A stretch of DNA of 32,823 bases, from NCBI GenBank assembly GCA_014859985.1, contig JACZKN010000074.1, positions 1-32,823 of the forward strand, in the 5' to 3' direction. A program made the position numbers and the translations under genes. The notes beneath the pieces were generated by a model. It was given only the letters and a program-made list of their open reading frames with translations, ran no database searches and had not been told where the DNA came from. Origin of the DNA: Candidatus Krumholzibacteriia bacterium (GTDB lineage Bacteria; Krumholzibacteriota; Krumholzibacteriia; LZORAL124-64-63). This document shows positions 1 through 11,088 of this stretch, in pieces; position 1 is the first letter of the stretch, and each line of letters begins with the position of its first letter.

Positions 1-1
1 G

Positions 2-142
<141 letters not shown>

Positions 143-153
143 GAGGGAATCCC

Positions 154-177
154 GGCGGGGGCGGCGACGCCCCCGCC
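154..177 (+). other. GC-rich stem-loop in the tuf-rpsJ spacer (10-bp stem, GCGA GNRA-type loop, no U-tract)
   Basis: GGCGGGGGCG-GCGA-CGCCCCCGCC is a perfect inverted repeat. Confidence 0.55.
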
Positions 178-284
178 AGCGACATGGGACGAGCAGGACC
201 CCCCCGGGGGACACGCGGACGGCGAGCAGGCGGCGGGGCCGGGCCCCGGCGAGGCTGGAGTAGCCGACGCGAAGGAGAACAGAA

Positions 285-593
285 GTGGCTCGACAGAAGA
301 TCAAGATCAGGTTGAGGGCCTACGAGGCGGCGGTGCTCGACCGCTCGGCCGAGGTGATCGTCGCGACCGCGCTGAAGACCGGCGCCCTGGTGCGCGGGCC
401 GATCCCGCTGCCCACGCGCCGCACGACCTACACCGTCCTGCGCTCGCCGCACGTCGACAAGAAGTCGCGGGAGCAGTTCGAGATGCGTATCCACAAGCGG
501 CTGATCGAGATCGAGAACTCGACGCCGCAGACGACGGAATTCCTCAAGAAGCTGACCCTGCCGGCCAGCGTGGACGTCGAGATCAAGGTCTGA
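285..593 (+). CDS. rpsJ: 30S ribosomal protein S10
   Basis: KIKIRLRAY...GPIPLPT...[14 protein letters not shown]; GTG start after AAGGAG. Confidence 0.98.
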   Translation: MARQKIKIRLRAYEAAVLDRSAEVIVATALKTGALVRGPIPLPTRRTTYTVLRSPHVDKKSREQFEMRIHKRLIEIENSTPQTTEFLKKLTLPASVDVEIKV

Positions 594-631
594 TGCCGCC
601 GCACGGCTCGGCTGCCAAGGGAGCGAACAGA

Positions 632-1252
632 ATGATCGGACTGATCGGCAAGAAGCTCGGCATGACCCGCCGCTTCCAGGAGGACGGGCGCAGCGTGCCC
701 GTCACCGTGATCGAGGCTGGTCCCTGCGTCGTCACGCAGGTCAAGAACGAGCGGAGCGACGGCTACTTCGCCGTGCAGCTCGGCTTCGGCGCCAAGAAGC
801 CCAAGAACACCCCGCTGCCCATGCAGGGTCACTTCCGCAAGGTCGGCAGCGGCCCCCTGCGGACCGTCGTCGAGTTCCGCCTCGACGCCGACGCCGGCTA
901 CAAGCCCGGCGACACGGTCGGCGTCGCGGTGCTGGCCGAGGTCGCGACCGTCGACGTGACCGGCACCACCAAGGGACGCGGCTTCGCGGGCAACATCAAG
1001 CGCCACGGCCACCGCCGCGGCCCCGCCGGCCACGGCACCAAGAACGTGCGCATGTCCGGCTCGATCGGCATGCACACCGAGCCGGGCCGCGTGCTGCCGG
1101 GCAAGGCCATGGCCGGCCACATGGGCAACAAGAGGGAAACGAAGCGCAACCTGAAGGTGATCGCCGTCGACCCGGAGCGGAACCTGATCCTGGTCCGCGG
1201 CAGCGTGCCGGGCCACAAGAACGGCATCGTTTTCATCCGGCCCAGCCGGTAG
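632..1252 (+). CDS. rplC: 50S ribosomal protein L3
   Basis: MIGLIGKKLGMT...PVTVIEAGPC...KGRGFAG; start moved to ATG 632 after GGGAG. Confidence 0.97.
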   Translation: MIGLIGKKLGMTRRFQEDGRSVPVTVIEAGPCVVTQVKNERSDGYFAVQLGFGAKKPKNTPLPMQGHFRKVGSGPLRTVVEFRLDADAGYKPGDTVGVAVLAEVATVDVTGTTKGRGFAGNIKRHGHRRGPAGHGTKNVRMSGSIGMHTEPGRVLPGKAMAGHMGNKRETKRNLKVIAVDPERNLILVRGSVPGHKNGIVFIRPSR

Positions 1253-1296
1253 CCGCCGGGCTGGTCCCGCGGGACCGGAAAGGAACGAGGTAGGAA

Positions 1297-1926
1297 ATGG
1301 CAACGGCGAAACTCTACAACGGTGCCGGCCAGGTGCAGGGGACGGTGGAACTGCCCGCCTCCCTGTTCGCCCAGCCCGTTCACCGCCAGGCCCTCTACGA
1401 GGCCGTGCGCTGCTTCCTGGCCAACCAGCGCCAGGGCACGCACGACACCCAGACCCGGGCCGAGGTGGCCTATTCGACGGCCAAGCTCTTCCGCCAGAAG
1501 GGCACCGGCCGCGCGCGCGCCGGCTCCGCCGGCAGCCCCACCCGCGTGGGCGGCGGCGTGGCCTTCGGGCCGCACCCGCGCGACTACAGCTACAAGCTGC
1601 CGCGCAAGATCAAGCGCGTGGCGCTCAAGAGCGCCCTGAGCGACCGGGCCGTCAACGAGCGCGTGAACGTCGTCGAGGACTTCGCGCTGGAGGCCCCGCA
1701 GACGAAGGCCGTGGCGGGGATGCTCAAGGCCATGGACCTGCCCGGCCGGCACACCCTGCTGGTGCTGCCGGTCGACGGCGACCGGCTCTGGAAGTCCGCC
1801 CGCAACATCAAGGGCGTGCGGGTGCTGCGCTCCCACGAGCTCAACGCCTACACGATCCTCTGGGCCGACAACCTGGTCTTCACCCGGGCCGCCCTCGCCG
1901 GCGCCGAGGAGGTGTTCGGATCGTGA
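1297..1926 (+). CDS. rplD: 50S ribosomal protein L4
   Basis: RQGTHDT.TRAEV...[12 protein letters not shown]...GGGVAFGP. Confidence 0.97.
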   Translation: MATAKLYNGAGQVQGTVELPASLFAQPVHRQALYEAVRCFLANQRQGTHDTQTRAEVAYSTAKLFRQKGTGRARAGSAGSPTRVGGGVAFGPHPRDYSYKLPRKIKRVALKSALSDRAVNERVNVVEDFALEAPQTKAVAGMLKAMDLPGRHTLLVLPVDGDRLWKSARNIKGVRVLRSHELNAYTILWADNLVFTRAALAGAEEVFGS

Positions 1927-2213
1927 AGGACCTGAGCAAAGTCATCGTGCGCCCGATCATCACCGAGCAGGGCGGGATCATGCGCGAACTCAACAACGAG
2001 TACTCGTTCCAGGTGGCCCCCGAGGCCAACAAGCACGAGGTCAAGAGCGCCGTCGAGCAGTACTTCGGGGTCAAGGTCACCCAGGTGCGGACCATGAACT
2101 ACCGCGGCAAGGTCAAGCGCATGGGGCGCTTCTCCGGCAAGCGCGCGGACTGGAAGAAGGCGGTCGTCACCCTCGCCGAGGGCGAGACGATCGATCTGTT
2201 CGAGGTCGGCTAG
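1923..2213 (+). CDS. rplW: 50S ribosomal protein L23
   Basis: RPIITE...ANKHEVK.AVE..FGVKV...WKKAVVTL; GTGA overlap with rplD stop. Confidence 0.97.
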   Translation: MKDLSKVIVRPIITEQGGIMRELNNEYSFQVAPEANKHEVKSAVEQYFGVKVTQVRTMNYRGKVKRMGRFSGKRADWKKAVVTLAEGETIDLFEVG

Positions 2214-2309
2214 CGGCGACCCGTCAGGTATAGCCGACGCCGCGCGGCGACCGGCTGCAAAGACGCCCGAGCGCCGCCCCCGGGGCGGCCCGGCAAGGGA
2301 GAGAACGGA

Positions 2310-3137
2310 ATGGCAATCAGGAAACTCAAGCCCGTGACGCCGACCCAGCGGTTCCGGACCGTCGCGGACTTCAGCGAGATCACGCGCAGCGAGCCGGAGA
2401 AGTCGCTGCTCGAGCCGCTGGCCAAGAACGGCGGCCGCAACAACAACGGCCGCATCACGGTGCGGCATCGCGGCGGCGGCCACAAGCGCCGCTACCGCAA
2501 GATCGACTTCAAGCGGAACAAGCACGAGGTGCCGGCCAAGGTCTTCAGCATCGAGTACGACCCCAACCGCAGCGCCCGCATCGCCCTGCTGCACTACGTG
2601 GACGGGGAGAAGCGCTACATCATCTGGCCCAAGGGCCTGCAGGTGGGCGAGACGGTCGTCTCGGGCGAGAAGGCCTCGTTCAACACCGGCAACGCGCTGC
2701 CCCTGGAGCGCATCCCCCTGGGCACGCTGGTGCACAACATCGAGCTGACCATCGGCAAGGGCGGCCAGCTGGCCCGCTCGGCCGGGTCCTTCGCCCAGGT
2801 GATGGCCAAGGAGGGCGAGTACGTCACCCTGCGCATCCCCAGCGGCGAGGTGCGCATGGTCCACAAGCGCTGCATGGCCACCATCGGCGAGGTCGGCAAC
2901 GCCGAGCACGAGAACGTGGTCAGCGGCAAGGCCGGGCGCTCGCGCTGGCTGGGCATCCGCCCGACGGTCCGCGGCGTCGCCATGAACCCGGTCGACCACC
3001 CGCACGGCGGCGGCGAGGGCCGCACCAGCGGCGGCGGCCACCCGGTGACCCCCTGGGGCAAGCCGACCAAGGGCAAGAAGACCCGCAAGAAGCAGCCGTC
3101 GGACGCCTTCATCGTGCGCCGCCGCAAGGCCAAGTAG
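2310..3137 (+). CDS. rplB: 50S ribosomal protein L2
   Basis: [20 protein letters not shown]; [17 protein letters not shown]. Confidence 0.99.
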   Translation: MAIRKLKPVTPTQRFRTVADFSEITRSEPEKSLLEPLAKNGGRNNNGRITVRHRGGGHKRRYRKIDFKRNKHEVPAKVFSIEYDPNRSARIALLHYVDGEKRYIIWPKGLQVGETVVSGEKASFNTGNALPLERIPLGTLVHNIELTIGKGGQLARSAGSFAQVMAKEGEYVTLRIPSGEVRMVHKRCMATIGEVGNAEHENVVSGKAGRSRWLGIRPTVRGVAMNPVDHPHGGGEGRTSGGGHPVTPWGKPTKGKKTRKKQPSDAFIVRRRKAK

Positions 3138-3184
3138 TCACCGCCGGCCGCCGGCGCGGCGGCCGCAACGGAGGAAGCTGGAAC

Positions 3185-3454
3185 ATGTCGAGAAGCATCA
3201 AGAAGGGGCCGTTCGTCGATACGTCCCTGCTGACCAAGGTCGAGAGGCTGAACAGCGCGGGCGACAAGCGGGTGGTCAAGACCTGGTCGCGCCGCTCGAC
3301 GGTCGTGCCCGAGTTCCTCGGCCACACGATCGCGGTGCACAACGGCAAGCAGTTCGTGCCCGTCTACGTGCAGGAGAACATGGTTGGCCACAAGCTCGGC
3401 GAGTTCGCGCCGACGCGGACGTACCGGGGCCACACCAGCAAGAAGAAGAAGTAA
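3185..3454 (+). CDS. rpsS: 30S ribosomal protein S19
   Basis: [10 protein letters not shown]...KTWSRRS...[11 protein letters not shown]. Confidence 0.98.
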   Translation: MSRSIKKGPFVDTSLLTKVERLNSAGDKRVVKTWSRRSTVVPEFLGHTIAVHNGKQFVPVYVQENMVGHKLGEFAPTRTYRGHTSKKKK

Positions 3455-3473
3455 CACGCTGGAGGTTTCCGAG

Positions 3474-3821
3474 ATGGAGGCACGTGCCGTCTCCCGCTAC
3501 ATCCGCATCTCGCCGCGCAAGGCCCGGCTCGTCGCCGACCTGATCCGCGGCAAGAACGTGGACGAGGCGCTGGGCATCCTGGCCCTGACGCCCAAGAAGG
3601 CCTCGCCGTACCTGCGCAAGGCCGTCCTGTCGGCCGCCGCCAACGCCCGCAACAGGAGCGACGGCGACGTCCGGGTCAAGAATGCGGACCTGCTGATCAA
3701 GGAGATCCTCATCAACGAGGGCCCGACGCTGAAGCGGATCCGCCCGCGGGCCCAGGGCCGCGCGTACCGCATCCACAAGCGGACGAGCCACATCGAGGTC
3801 ACTGTCGCGGCCGGGGCCTGA
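3474..3821 (+). CDS. rplV: 50S ribosomal protein L22
   Basis: [26 protein letters not shown]...RPRAQGRA; ATG 3474 after GGAGG. Confidence 0.97.
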   Translation: MEARAVSRYIRISPRKARLVADLIRGKNVDEALGILALTPKKASPYLRKAVLSAAANARNRSDGDVRVKNADLLIKEILINEGPTLKRIRPRAQGRAYRIHKRTSHIEVTVAAGA

Positions 3822-3914
3822 CCGGTCCGGAAGATACGCGGCGGGCCCTGCGGGGGCCCGCACCGGGATTGACGCCGCCCCCGGGCCCACGGGGACGGCA
3901 ACGGAAGGAAGACC

Positions 3915-4589
3915 ATGGGGCAGAAAACGCATCCGATCGGGTTCAGGCTGGGGATCGTCAAGGACTGGAACGCGGCCTGGTTCACCGAGAAGCACTTCGC
4001 CGACTGGCTGAACGAGGACCTGCTGCTGCGCAAGTACATCATGGCCCGGGTCGGCGGCGCCGGCGTCGAGTCGGTGAAGATCAAGCGCTTCCGCGAGAAG
4101 GTCAACATCGTGGTCGCCACCAGCCGCCCCGGCGTGGTCATCGGCAAGAAGGGCCAGAAGGCGGACCAGCTGCGCGCCGAGTTGCAGAAGATGATCGGCA
4201 AGAACGTCAAGCTGGACGTCGAGGAGGTCAAGAAGCCGGAGCTGAGCGCCATGCTGGTCGCCGACCACATCGCCGTGCAGCTCGAGGGCCGCGTCTCCTT
4301 CCGGCGGGCCATGAAGAAGTCCATCGCCACGGCGATGCGCATGGGCGCCAAGGGCATCAAGATCCGCTGCGCCGGCCGGCTCGGCGGCGCCGAGATGTCC
4401 CGGGTCGAGACCTACCACGACGGCAGTGTGCCCCTGCACACGCTGCGTGCGGACATCGACTACGGCACCGCGACGGCCCGCACCCAGTACGGGGCCATCG
4501 GCGTGAAGGTCTGGATCTGCAAGGGCGAGATCTTCCCGGCCGAGTACAAGGAGCAGCAGCGCAAGCAGGTGGTCGAGCAGCGGGCCTGA
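3915..4589 (+). CDS. rpsC: 30S ribosomal protein S3
   Basis: [13 protein letters not shown]...[10 protein letters not shown]...[12 protein letters not shown]. Confidence 0.98.
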   Translation: MGQKTHPIGFRLGIVKDWNAAWFTEKHFADWLNEDLLLRKYIMARVGGAGVESVKIKRFREKVNIVVATSRPGVVIGKKGQKADQLRAELQKMIGKNVKLDVEEVKKPELSAMLVADHIAVQLEGRVSFRRAMKKSIATAMRMGAKGIKIRCAGRLGGAEMSRVETYHDGSVPLHTLRADIDYGTATARTQYGAIGVKVWICKGEIFPAEYKEQQRKQVVEQRA

Positions 4590-4676
4590 CGGCCGCGCCC
4601 CGGCCCGTGGCCGGACCGCTCGTGGAAGCCTGGCCCGTAGGCACAGCCCGGGCCGAGAGAAGAGGACGACAGAACC

Positions 4677-5090
4677 ATGTTGATGCCGAAGCGCACCAAG
4701 TTCCGGAAGATGTTCAAGGGCCGTCGCACGGGCCTGGCCTGGCGCGGGTCCACCATCGCCTTCGGCGACTACGGCCTGCAGGCGCTCGACAACGGCTGGA
4801 TCACCAGCCGCCAGATCGAGGCCACCCGTATCGCCATCACGCGCCACATGAAGCGCGTGGGCCAGGTCTGGATCCGGGTCTTCCCGGACAAGCCCATCAC
4901 CCTGAAGCCCGCCGAGACCCGCATGGGCAAGGGCAAGGGCAACCCGGAGTACTGGGTGGCGGTGGTCAAGCCGGGCCGGATCCTGTTCGAGATCAACGGC
5001 GTGGACCACGCCCTGGCCAAGAAGGCCCTGGGCCTCGGCGCCTCCAAGCTGCCGTTCAAGACGCGCATCGTCAGCCGTCAGGGAGAGTAG
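4677..5090 (+). CDS. rplP: 50S ribosomal protein L16
   Basis: [11 protein letters not shown]...[23 protein letters not shown]. Confidence 0.98.
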   Translation: MLMPKRTKFRKMFKGRRTGLAWRGSTIAFGDYGLQALDNGWITSRQIEATRIAITRHMKRVGQVWIRVFPDKPITLKPAETRMGKGKGNPEYWVAVVKPGRILFEINGVDHALAKKALGLGASKLPFKTRIVSRQGE

Positions 5091-5094
5091 AGCG

Positions 5095-5292
5095 ATGAAG
5101 AAAGCCCACGAACTGCGGGACATGCCGCTCGAGGAGCTCGAGGGCCTCGAGCGGGAGAAGGCCGAGGATCTGATGAACCTGAAGATCCGGCTCAAGATGC
5201 GCCAGCTCGACAACCCGTTGCAGGTGCGCAACCTGCGCCGCGAGATCGCGGTTGTCAAGACGGTGATCACCCAGAAGAGGGCCGCCCTCTAG
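5095..5292 (+). CDS. rpmC: 50S ribosomal protein L29
   Basis: ELR...[19 protein letters not shown]; located between rplP and rpsQ. Confidence 0.95.
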   Translation: MKKAHELRDMPLEELEGLEREKAEDLMNLKIRLKMRQLDNPLQVRNLRREIAVVKTVITQKRAAL

Positions 5293-5348
5293 GCGACCGC
5301 ACGGACCGGCCGGCCGCGGGCCGCCGGGACCCAGGGAGTAGTGACAAG

Positions 5349-5612
5349 ATGACCAATACCGAGAGAAACGTGCGAGCCGTGCGCATCGGCGAAGTGGTCT
5401 CCGACAAGATGAACCAGACCGTGGTCGTCAAGGTGAGCCGCCGCTTCCCGCACCCGCTCTACAAGCGGATCATCACCCGCACGGCCCGGCTCGTCGCGCA
5501 CGACGAGGCCAACGAGTGCAAGGTCGGCGACATCGTGAAGGTCATGGCGACCCGTCCCCTCTCCAAGACGAAGCGCTGGCGGGTCGCGGAGATTCTCGAA
5601 CGGGCCAAGTAG
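5349..5612 (+). CDS. rpsQ: 30S ribosomal protein S17
   Basis: [12 protein letters not shown]...HPLYKR...[10 protein letters not shown]. Confidence 0.97.
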   Translation: MTNTERNVRAVRIGEVVSDKMNQTVVVKVSRRFPHPLYKRIITRTARLVAHDEANECKVGDIVKVMATRPLSKTKRWRVAEILERAK

Positions 5613-5629
5613 TCCGGAGGAATGGTGCA

Positions 5630-6001
5630 ATGATTCAGGAATACACGAGACTCGTGGTCGCGGACAACTCGGGCGCCAAGGTCGTCCAGTGCTTCCGCGT
5701 CCTGGGCGGGAGCCACCGGCGCTACGCGCGGGTCGGCGACATCATCGTCGCCTCGGTCAAGTCGGCCATTCCCAACGGCAACGTGAAGAAGGGCCAGGTC
5801 GTCAAGTGCGTCATCGTGCGCACCCGCAAGGAGATCGGCCGCAAGGACGGGTCGTACATCCGCTTCAGCGACAACGCCGCGGTGATCATCCAGGAGGACG
5901 GCGAGAACCCGGTGGGGACGCGCATCTTCGGGCCGGTGGCGCGCGAGCTGCGCGACAAGAAGTTCATGAAGATCGTCTCGCTGGCCCCGGAGGTGCTGTG
6001 A
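5630..6001 (+). CDS. rplN: 50S ribosomal protein L14
   Basis: [17 protein letters not shown]...[13 protein letters not shown]...SLAPEVL; ATG 5630 after GGAGG. Confidence 0.98.
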   Translation: MIQEYTRLVVADNSGAKVVQCFRVLGGSHRRYARVGDIIVASVKSAIPNGNVKKGQVVKCVIVRTRKEIGRKDGSYIRFSDNAAVIIQEDGENPVGTRIFGPVARELRDKKFMKIVSLAPEVL

Positions 6002-6315
6002 TGCGGATCAAGAAGAGCGACCTGGTCCGCGTGATGTCCGGCAACGACAGGGGCATGGAGGGCAAGGTCCTCAAGGTGTTCCCCGAGTCGGGCCGCATCA
6101 TCGTGGAGAAGGTCAACCTGATCAAGCGCCACACGAAGGCCAGCCGGAACATGCCGCAGGGCGGCATCATCGAGAAGGAAGGCCCGATCAACGCTTCGAA
6201 CGTGATGCTGGTCTGCCCCAACACGGGCAAGCCGACCCGCATCGGCAAGGAAATCCTGTCCGACGGCAGCCGCGCTCGCGTGAGCAAGAGAAGCGGCGAG
6301 ATGCTGAACGACTGA
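6001..6315 (+). CDS. rplX: 50S ribosomal protein L24
   Basis: [24 protein letters not shown] (KOW), [15 protein letters not shown]; TGATG coupling with rplN. Confidence 0.97.
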   Translation: MRIKKSDLVRVMSGNDRGMEGKVLKVFPESGRIIVEKVNLIKRHTKASRNMPQGGIIEKEGPINASNVMLVCPNTGKPTRIGKEILSDGSRARVSKRSGEMLND

Positions 6316-6341
6316 TGGCGTCCGCTGGGAGGAAAGAGAAC

Positions 6342-6893
6342 ATGGCTGCTGCGGCGAAGCCCAACATGAGGGTGAAATACGAGCAGGAGGTGGTCACGGC
6401 CCTGCGTGAGAAGTTCGGCTACACGAGCCCCATGCAGACACCGAAGCCGGTGAAGGTCGTGATCAACATGGGTCTGGGCAAGGCGCCCACGAACCCGAAG
6501 ATCATGGAGAACGCGCTGGTGGACCTGGAGGCGATCGCCGGCCAGAAGGCCGTCAAGACCCGTGCCCGCAAGTCCATCTCGAACTTCAAGATCCGCGAGG
6601 GCATGCACGTCGGCGCGGCCGTGACGCTGCGCGACCGGCGGATGTGGGAGTTCCTGGACCGCTTCATCAACGTGGCCCTGCCGCGCATCCGCGACTTCCG
6701 CGGCGTGCCGGCGCGGCTCAGCGGGTACGGCGACTTCACCCTGGGTCTGAAGGACCAGCTGATCTTCCCGGAGATCGACTACGACAAGGTGGACGAGCCC
6801 CGGGGCATGAACATCACCATCGTCACCACGGCGACGAACGACGAAGAAGGCCGGGAACTGCTCAGGCTGCTCGGCATGCCGTTCCGGCGATAA
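6342..6893 (+). CDS. rplE: 50S ribosomal protein L5
   Basis: KVVINMGLG...[22 protein letters not shown]...LPRIRDFRG...IFPEIDYDK; ATG 6342 after GGGAGG. Confidence 0.97.
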   Translation: MAAAAKPNMRVKYEQEVVTALREKFGYTSPMQTPKPVKVVINMGLGKAPTNPKIMENALVDLEAIAGQKAVKTRARKSISNFKIREGMHVGAAVTLRDRRMWEFLDRFINVALPRIRDFRGVPARLSGYGDFTLGLKDQLIFPEIDYDKVDEPRGMNITIVTTATNDEEGRELLRLLGMPFRR

Positions 6894-6906
6894 GGAGGAG
6901 TGAATC

Positions 6907-7092
6907 TTGGCCAGGAAATCGTTGATCGCCAAGGCCCAGCGGAAGCCCAAGTTCAAGGTGAGGGCCTACAACCGGTGCCGCCGCTGCGGCCGGTCCCGGG
7001 CCTTCATCCGCAAGTTCGGACTCTGCCGTCTGTGTTTCCGGCAACTCGCCCTCAACGGCGACATCCCGGGCGTGACCAAGGCGAGCTGGTAG
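6907..7092 (+). CDS. rpsN: 30S ribosomal protein S14, short Zn-binding type Z form
   Basis: 61 aa with CRRC...CRLC and GVTKASW; TTG start after AAGGAGG. Confidence 0.97.
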   Translation: MARKSLIAKAQRKPKFKVRAYNRCRRCGRSRAFIRKFGLCRLCFRQLALNGDIPGVTKASW

Positions 7093-7111
7093 CGAGACAG
7101 GAGCGAGTGCA

Positions 7112-7519
7112 ATGAGCATGACCGATCCCATCGCGGATATGTTGACCCGCATCCGCAACGCGACGACGGCCGGCCACCGGCGGGTCGAGATGCCGGCTTC
7201 GGGCCAGAAGCGGGCCATGGCCGAGCTGCTGGTGAAGCAGGGCTACGTGGAGAAGTTCGAATTCATCGAGGACGGTCCGCAGGGCACCCTGCGGCTGTTC
7301 CTGAAGTACTACAGCCGGGATGGCCGGCGGACCGGGGTGATCGAGGGCATCCGGCGCGTGAGCCGCCCGGGCCGCCGGATCTTCGCCGGCAAGGACAACA
7401 TCCCGAAGGTCTGCGGCGGCTACGGGATCAGCATCCTGTCCACCAACCAGGGGATCCTGACGGGGCACCAGTGCCGGATGCGTGGCATCGGCGGCGAAGT
7501 GCTCTGCGAGGTCTGGTAA
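7112..7519 (+). CDS. rpsH: 30S ribosomal protein S8
   Basis: MTDPIADMLTRIRNA...RVSRPGRR...GGEVLCEVW. Confidence 0.98.
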   Translation: MSMTDPIADMLTRIRNATTAGHRRVEMPASGQKRAMAELLVKQGYVEKFEFIEDGPQGTLRLFLKYYSRDGRRTGVIEGIRRVSRPGRRIFAGKDNIPKVCGGYGISILSTNQGILTGHQCRMRGIGGEVLCEVW

Positions 7520-7558
7520 GCAGGTCCCCCGGGACCGGATACCGCGAGGAGCAGAACG

Positions 7559-8098
7559 ATGTCGCGCATTGGCAACAACCCGATTTCCCTGCCCGCCGGC
7601 GTGACCGTCACCGTCGACGGCAAGACCTGCGTGGTCAAGGGGCCCAAGGGCGAGCACCGGCAGCACATTCCCGTCGGCCTCGGGGTCGAGACCAGGGAAG
7701 GCAAGGTGCACGTCAGCCGCCCGGACGACAGCAAGCCCATGAAGGCGCGGCACGGCCTGGTCAGGGCCCTGATCGCCAACCAGGTGACGGGGGTCACGGC
7801 GGGCTTCCAGAAGAAGCTCGAGATCGTCGGCGTCGGCTACCGCGCCGCGGTCAAGGGCAGCATCCTGGACCTGCAGCTGCAGTTCAGCCACCCGGTGGAG
7901 TACCCGATCCCCGCCGACGTGAAGATCAGCTGCCCGGACCAGACCCACATCGTGGTCGAAGGCATCGACAAGCAGCGCGTCGGCCAGGTCGCGGCCGAGA
8001 TCCGCGCATACCGCAAGCCCGAGCCGTACAAGGGCAAGGGCATCCGTTACGAGGGCGAGGAGATCGTCCGCAAGGCCGGCAAGGCGGCGGGCAAGTAG
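7559..8098 (+). CDS. rplF: 50S ribosomal protein L6
   Basis: MSRIG..PI...VKGPKG...RKPEPYKGKGIRY. Confidence 0.98.
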   Translation: MSRIGNNPISLPAGVTVTVDGKTCVVKGPKGEHRQHIPVGLGVETREGKVHVSRPDDSKPMKARHGLVRALIANQVTGVTAGFQKKLEIVGVGYRAAVKGSILDLQLQFSHPVEYPIPADVKISCPDQTHIVVEGIDKQRVGQVAAEIRAYRKPEPYKGKGIRYEGEEIVRKAGKAAGK

Positions 8099-8124
8099 GC
8101 CGCCGGGCCGGGAGGTGACGTCCA

Positions 8125-8499
8125 ATGATCAGTGTCAGCAAGAAGCGGCGCAGCGCCCGCCTGCAGCGCAAGGTGCGGGTGCGCAGGAAGCTGCACGGCA
8201 CCGCGGAGCGTCCGCGGGTGACCGTGTTCCGCAGCCACCGGAACATCTACGCCCAGGTGGTCGACGACGACCAGGGCCGCACGCTGCTGTCGTACGACGG
8301 CAGCCGGGGCGGCGAGTGCGAGGTTCCCGAGGGCATCGGCGGCAAGTGCGCCGTGGCCTACGCGGTCGGGCGCAACCTGGCCGGCATCGCGAAGGAGAAG
8401 GGGATCACCGCCATGGTCTTCGACCGCAACGGTTACCTCTACCACGGGCGCGTCGCCGCCCTGGCCCGCGGGCTCAGGGACGGCGGTATCGAAGTCTAG
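8125..8499 (+). CDS. rplR: 50S ribosomal protein L18
   Basis: GTAERPRVTVFRS..NIYAQVVDD...VFDRNGYLYHGRV. Confidence 0.97.
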   Translation: MISVSKKRRSARLQRKVRVRRKLHGTAERPRVTVFRSHRNIYAQVVDDDQGRTLLSYDGSRGGECEVPEGIGGKCAVAYAVGRNLAGIAKEKGITAMVFDRNGYLYHGRVAALARGLRDGGIEV

Positions 8500-8541
8500 G
8501 ACCCGACCGGCCGCGCGCCGGTGGAATCAGGAGCAAGGCAG

Positions 8542-9117
8542 ATGGCGGATTTCACGAACAGCAACACGGGCGGCCGCGGTCGCGATTCCCGCGAACCCCG
8601 CGACGCGTCCGGCGACATGCACGAGAACGTGATCAACATCAACCGCGTGGCCAAGGTGGTCAAGGGCGGCCGGCGCTTCAGCTTCAGCGCCATCGTGGCC
8701 GTCGGCGACGGCAAGGGCAAGGTCGGCGTCGCCATGGGCAAGGCCAACGAGATCGCCGACGCCATCCGCAAGGGCGGCGAGGGTGCGCGCACCGCCCAGG
8801 TCACCGTGCCGATGCTCGGCGACACGATCCCCTACCAGGTGATCGGGCGCTTCGGGGCGAGCCGCGTGCTGCTCAAGCCGGCCAGCCCCGGTACGGGGAT
8901 CATCGCCGCCGGCGGCGTGCGCGCGATCCTCGAGGCGGCGGGCGTCAAGAACATCCTGACCAAGCAGCTCGGCTCGCGCAATCCCAACAACGTGGTCAAG
9001 GCCACCATGGACGGCCTGCGCCAGCTGCACACCGTCGAGCAGATCGCCGCCAAGCGCGGCCTGACCGTCCCCGAGGTCCTGGGCTTCGACCGCAAGGAGA
9101 CGACGGGCCATGAGTAA
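8542..9117 (+). CDS. rpsE: 30S ribosomal protein S5
   Basis: [18 protein letters not shown]...[12 protein letters not shown]; ATG 8542 after AGGAG. Confidence 0.97.
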   Translation: MADFTNSNTGGRGRDSREPRDASGDMHENVININRVAKVVKGGRRFSFSAIVAVGDGKGKVGVAMGKANEIADAIRKGGEGARTAQVTVPMLGDTIPYQVIGRFGASRVLLKPASPGTGIIAAGGVRAILEAAGVKNILTKQLGSRNPNNVVKATMDGLRQLHTVEQIAAKRGLTVPEVLGFDRKETTGHE

Positions 9118-9292
9118 GCTGAAGATCCGGCAGGTCAAGAGCGTGATCGGGCGGCCCCGGAAGCACCGCCTCGTGATCGAGTCCCTGGGCCTGAAGCGCA
9201 ACCAGACCGAAGTGGTCCACGACGACACCCCCGCGATCCGCGGGATGGCGTTCAAGGTAAGGCACCTCGTCGAGGTGGAAGAGGTCAAGTGA
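9110..9292 (+). CDS. rpmD: 50S ribosomal protein L30
   Basis: [11 protein letters not shown]...LGLKR...[14 protein letters not shown]. Confidence 0.97.
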   Translation: MSKLKIRQVKSVIGRPRKHRLVIESLGLKRNQTEVVHDDTPAIRGMAFKVRHLVEVEEVK

Positions 9293-9294
9293 AC

Positions 9295-9744
9295 ATGCTC
9301 AAGCTGAACAACCTCGGCGCGCCCAAGGGCGCGAACCGCGACACGAAGCGGCGCGGGCGCGGCCCCGGCTCCGGCCAGGGCAAGACCGGCGGGCGCGGCC
9401 ACAAGGGCCAGAAGGCCCGCTCCGGCGGCGGCATCCCGCCCTGGTTCGAGGGCGGCCAGATGCCCCTGAACCGCCGTCTGCCCAAGCGCGGCTTCACGAA
9501 CATCTTCAAGAAGAGCTTCCAGCTGGTCAACGTCGACGAGCTGGAGGCGGTGTTCGAGGCGGGCGCGAAGGTCGACAACGAGTCGCTGGCCCTGGCCGGG
9601 CTCGTCAAGCACCTGGACCGGCCGGTCAAGCTCCTGGGCCGGGGCAAGGTGGAGAAGTCGCTGCAGATCGAGGTGGCCAAGGCCAGCAGGGCCGCGGTCG
9701 CCGCCGTGGAAGCCGCCGGCGGTTCCGTGACCGTGACAGGCTGA
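9295..9744 (+). CDS. rplO: 50S ribosomal protein L15
   Basis: RRGRGPGSGQGKTGGRGHKGQKARSG...FEGGQMPL.RRLPKRGF; ATG 9295 (alternative GTG 9289). Confidence 0.97.
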   Translation: MLKLNNLGAPKGANRDTKRRGRGPGSGQGKTGGRGHKGQKARSGGGIPPWFEGGQMPLNRRLPKRGFTNIFKKSFQLVNVDELEAVFEAGAKVDNESLALAGLVKHLDRPVKLLGRGKVEKSLQIEVAKASRAAVAAVEAAGGSVTVTG

Positions 9745-9781
9745 TGCGCACCTGGGATTCCGAGCCAAAGGAAGCTTCGCT

Positions 9782-11083
9782 TTGAACATCACCAGCAGCT
9801 ACCAGAGCATGTTCAGGATCCCCGAACTGAAGCGTCGGCTCCTGTTCACCGGGCTCATCCTGCTGATCTACAGGCTGGGCAGCCACGTGCCCACGCCGGG
9901 CATCAATCGTGCGGCCCTGGCGCAGCTGTTCCAGAGCCAGTCGGGCTCCCTGATGGGACTCTACGACATGTTCTCGGGCGGCAACCTGAGCAGCGCGACG
10001 ATCTTCGCCCTGGGCATCATGCCGTACATCAGCGCCTCGATCATCTTCCAGCTCCTGCAGGCGGTGGTGCCGTACTTCGAGAAGCTGGCCAAGGAGGGCG
10101 AGGAGGGCCGCAAGAAGATCACCCAGTACACGCGCCTGGCGACGGTCTTCCTGGCGCTGATCCAGTCCTTCGGCATGGCCGCGGGCCTGGAGCAGATGGG
10201 CGGCATCGTCACCAACCCGGGCATGGGCTTCAAGCTCCTGACGGCGATCACCCTGACCGCCGGCACCGTGTTCGTGATGTGGCTGGGCGAGCAGATCACC
10301 GAGCGGGGCATCGGCAACGGCATCTCCCTGATCATCTTCATCGGCATCGTGGCCGCCTACCCGACCGACATCCTGAACACGGCGCAGCAGCTCGCCAGCG
10401 GCGACATGCACGTGATCAAGGCGCTCGTCATCGGCGTGTTCATGCTCTTCGTGATCGCGGGCATCATCGCCATCACGCAGGCGCAGCGGAAGATCCCGGT
10501 GCAGTACGCCAAGAAGATCGTGGGACGCCGCGTCTACGGCGGGGCCAACACCCACATCCCGCTGAAGGTCAACACCGCCGGCGTGATCCCCATCATCTTC
10601 GCGCAGGCCATCATCATGTTCCCGGCGACCCTGGGCCAGATGTTCCCCAACGTCGGCTTCCTGACGTCCCTGAGCATGGCCTTCCAGCCGCCGATGCCGC
10701 TGTACGTGATCGTGTACTCGGCGCTGATCATCCTGTTCGCCTACTTCTACACCGCGGTCATCCTCAACCCGGTCGACCTGGCGGACAACATGAAGAAGAA
10801 CAGCGGCTTCATCCCGGGCGTGCGCCCCGGCAAGAAGACCGCGGAGTACATCGACCGGGTCCTGACCCGGGTCACGCTGCCGGGCGCGGTCTTCCTCGCG
10901 GTGATCGCGGTCCTGCCCGACATGATGATCGCGTGGCTGAGGGTTCCCTTCTACTTCGGCGGGACGGGGCTGCTGATCGTGGTCGGCGTGGCCCTGGACA
11001 CCCTGCAGCAGATCGAATCGCACCTGGTCATGCGCCATTACGACGGCTTCATGACGAAGGGTCGGCTGCGGGCGCGGAGGTAG
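9782..11083 (+). CDS. secY: Preprotein translocase subunit SecY
   Basis: IFALGIMPYISASII; WLGEQITERGIGNGISLIIF; FIPGVRPG; GGTGLLIVVGV; TTG start. Confidence 0.99.
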   Translation: MNITSSYQSMFRIPELKRRLLFTGLILLIYRLGSHVPTPGINRAALAQLFQSQSGSLMGLYDMFSGGNLSSATIFALGIMPYISASIIFQLLQAVVPYFEKLAKEGEEGRKKITQYTRLATVFLALIQSFGMAAGLEQMGGIVTNPGMGFKLLTAITLTAGTVFVMWLGEQITERGIGNGISLIIFIGIVAAYPTDILNTAQQLASGDMHVIKALVIGVFMLFVIAGIIAITQAQRKIPVQYAKKIVGRRVYGGANTHIPLKVNTAGVIPIIFAQAIIMFPATLGQMFPNVGFLTSLSMAFQPPMPLYVIVYSALIILFAYFYTAVILNPVDLADNMKKNSGFIPGVRPGKKTAEYIDRVLTRVTLPGAVFLAVIAVLPDMMIAWLRVPFYFGGTGLLIVVGVALDTLQQIESHLVMRHYDGFMTKGRLRARR

Positions 11084-11088
11084 CGGGG

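Noticed and set aside
10279-11088. Apparent N-terminal extension of adk (similar cases for rplC, rplV, rplN, rplX, infA and rpoA)
   Set aside because: Longest-ORF artefacts. The conserved N-termini and SD sites indicate the shorter starts.
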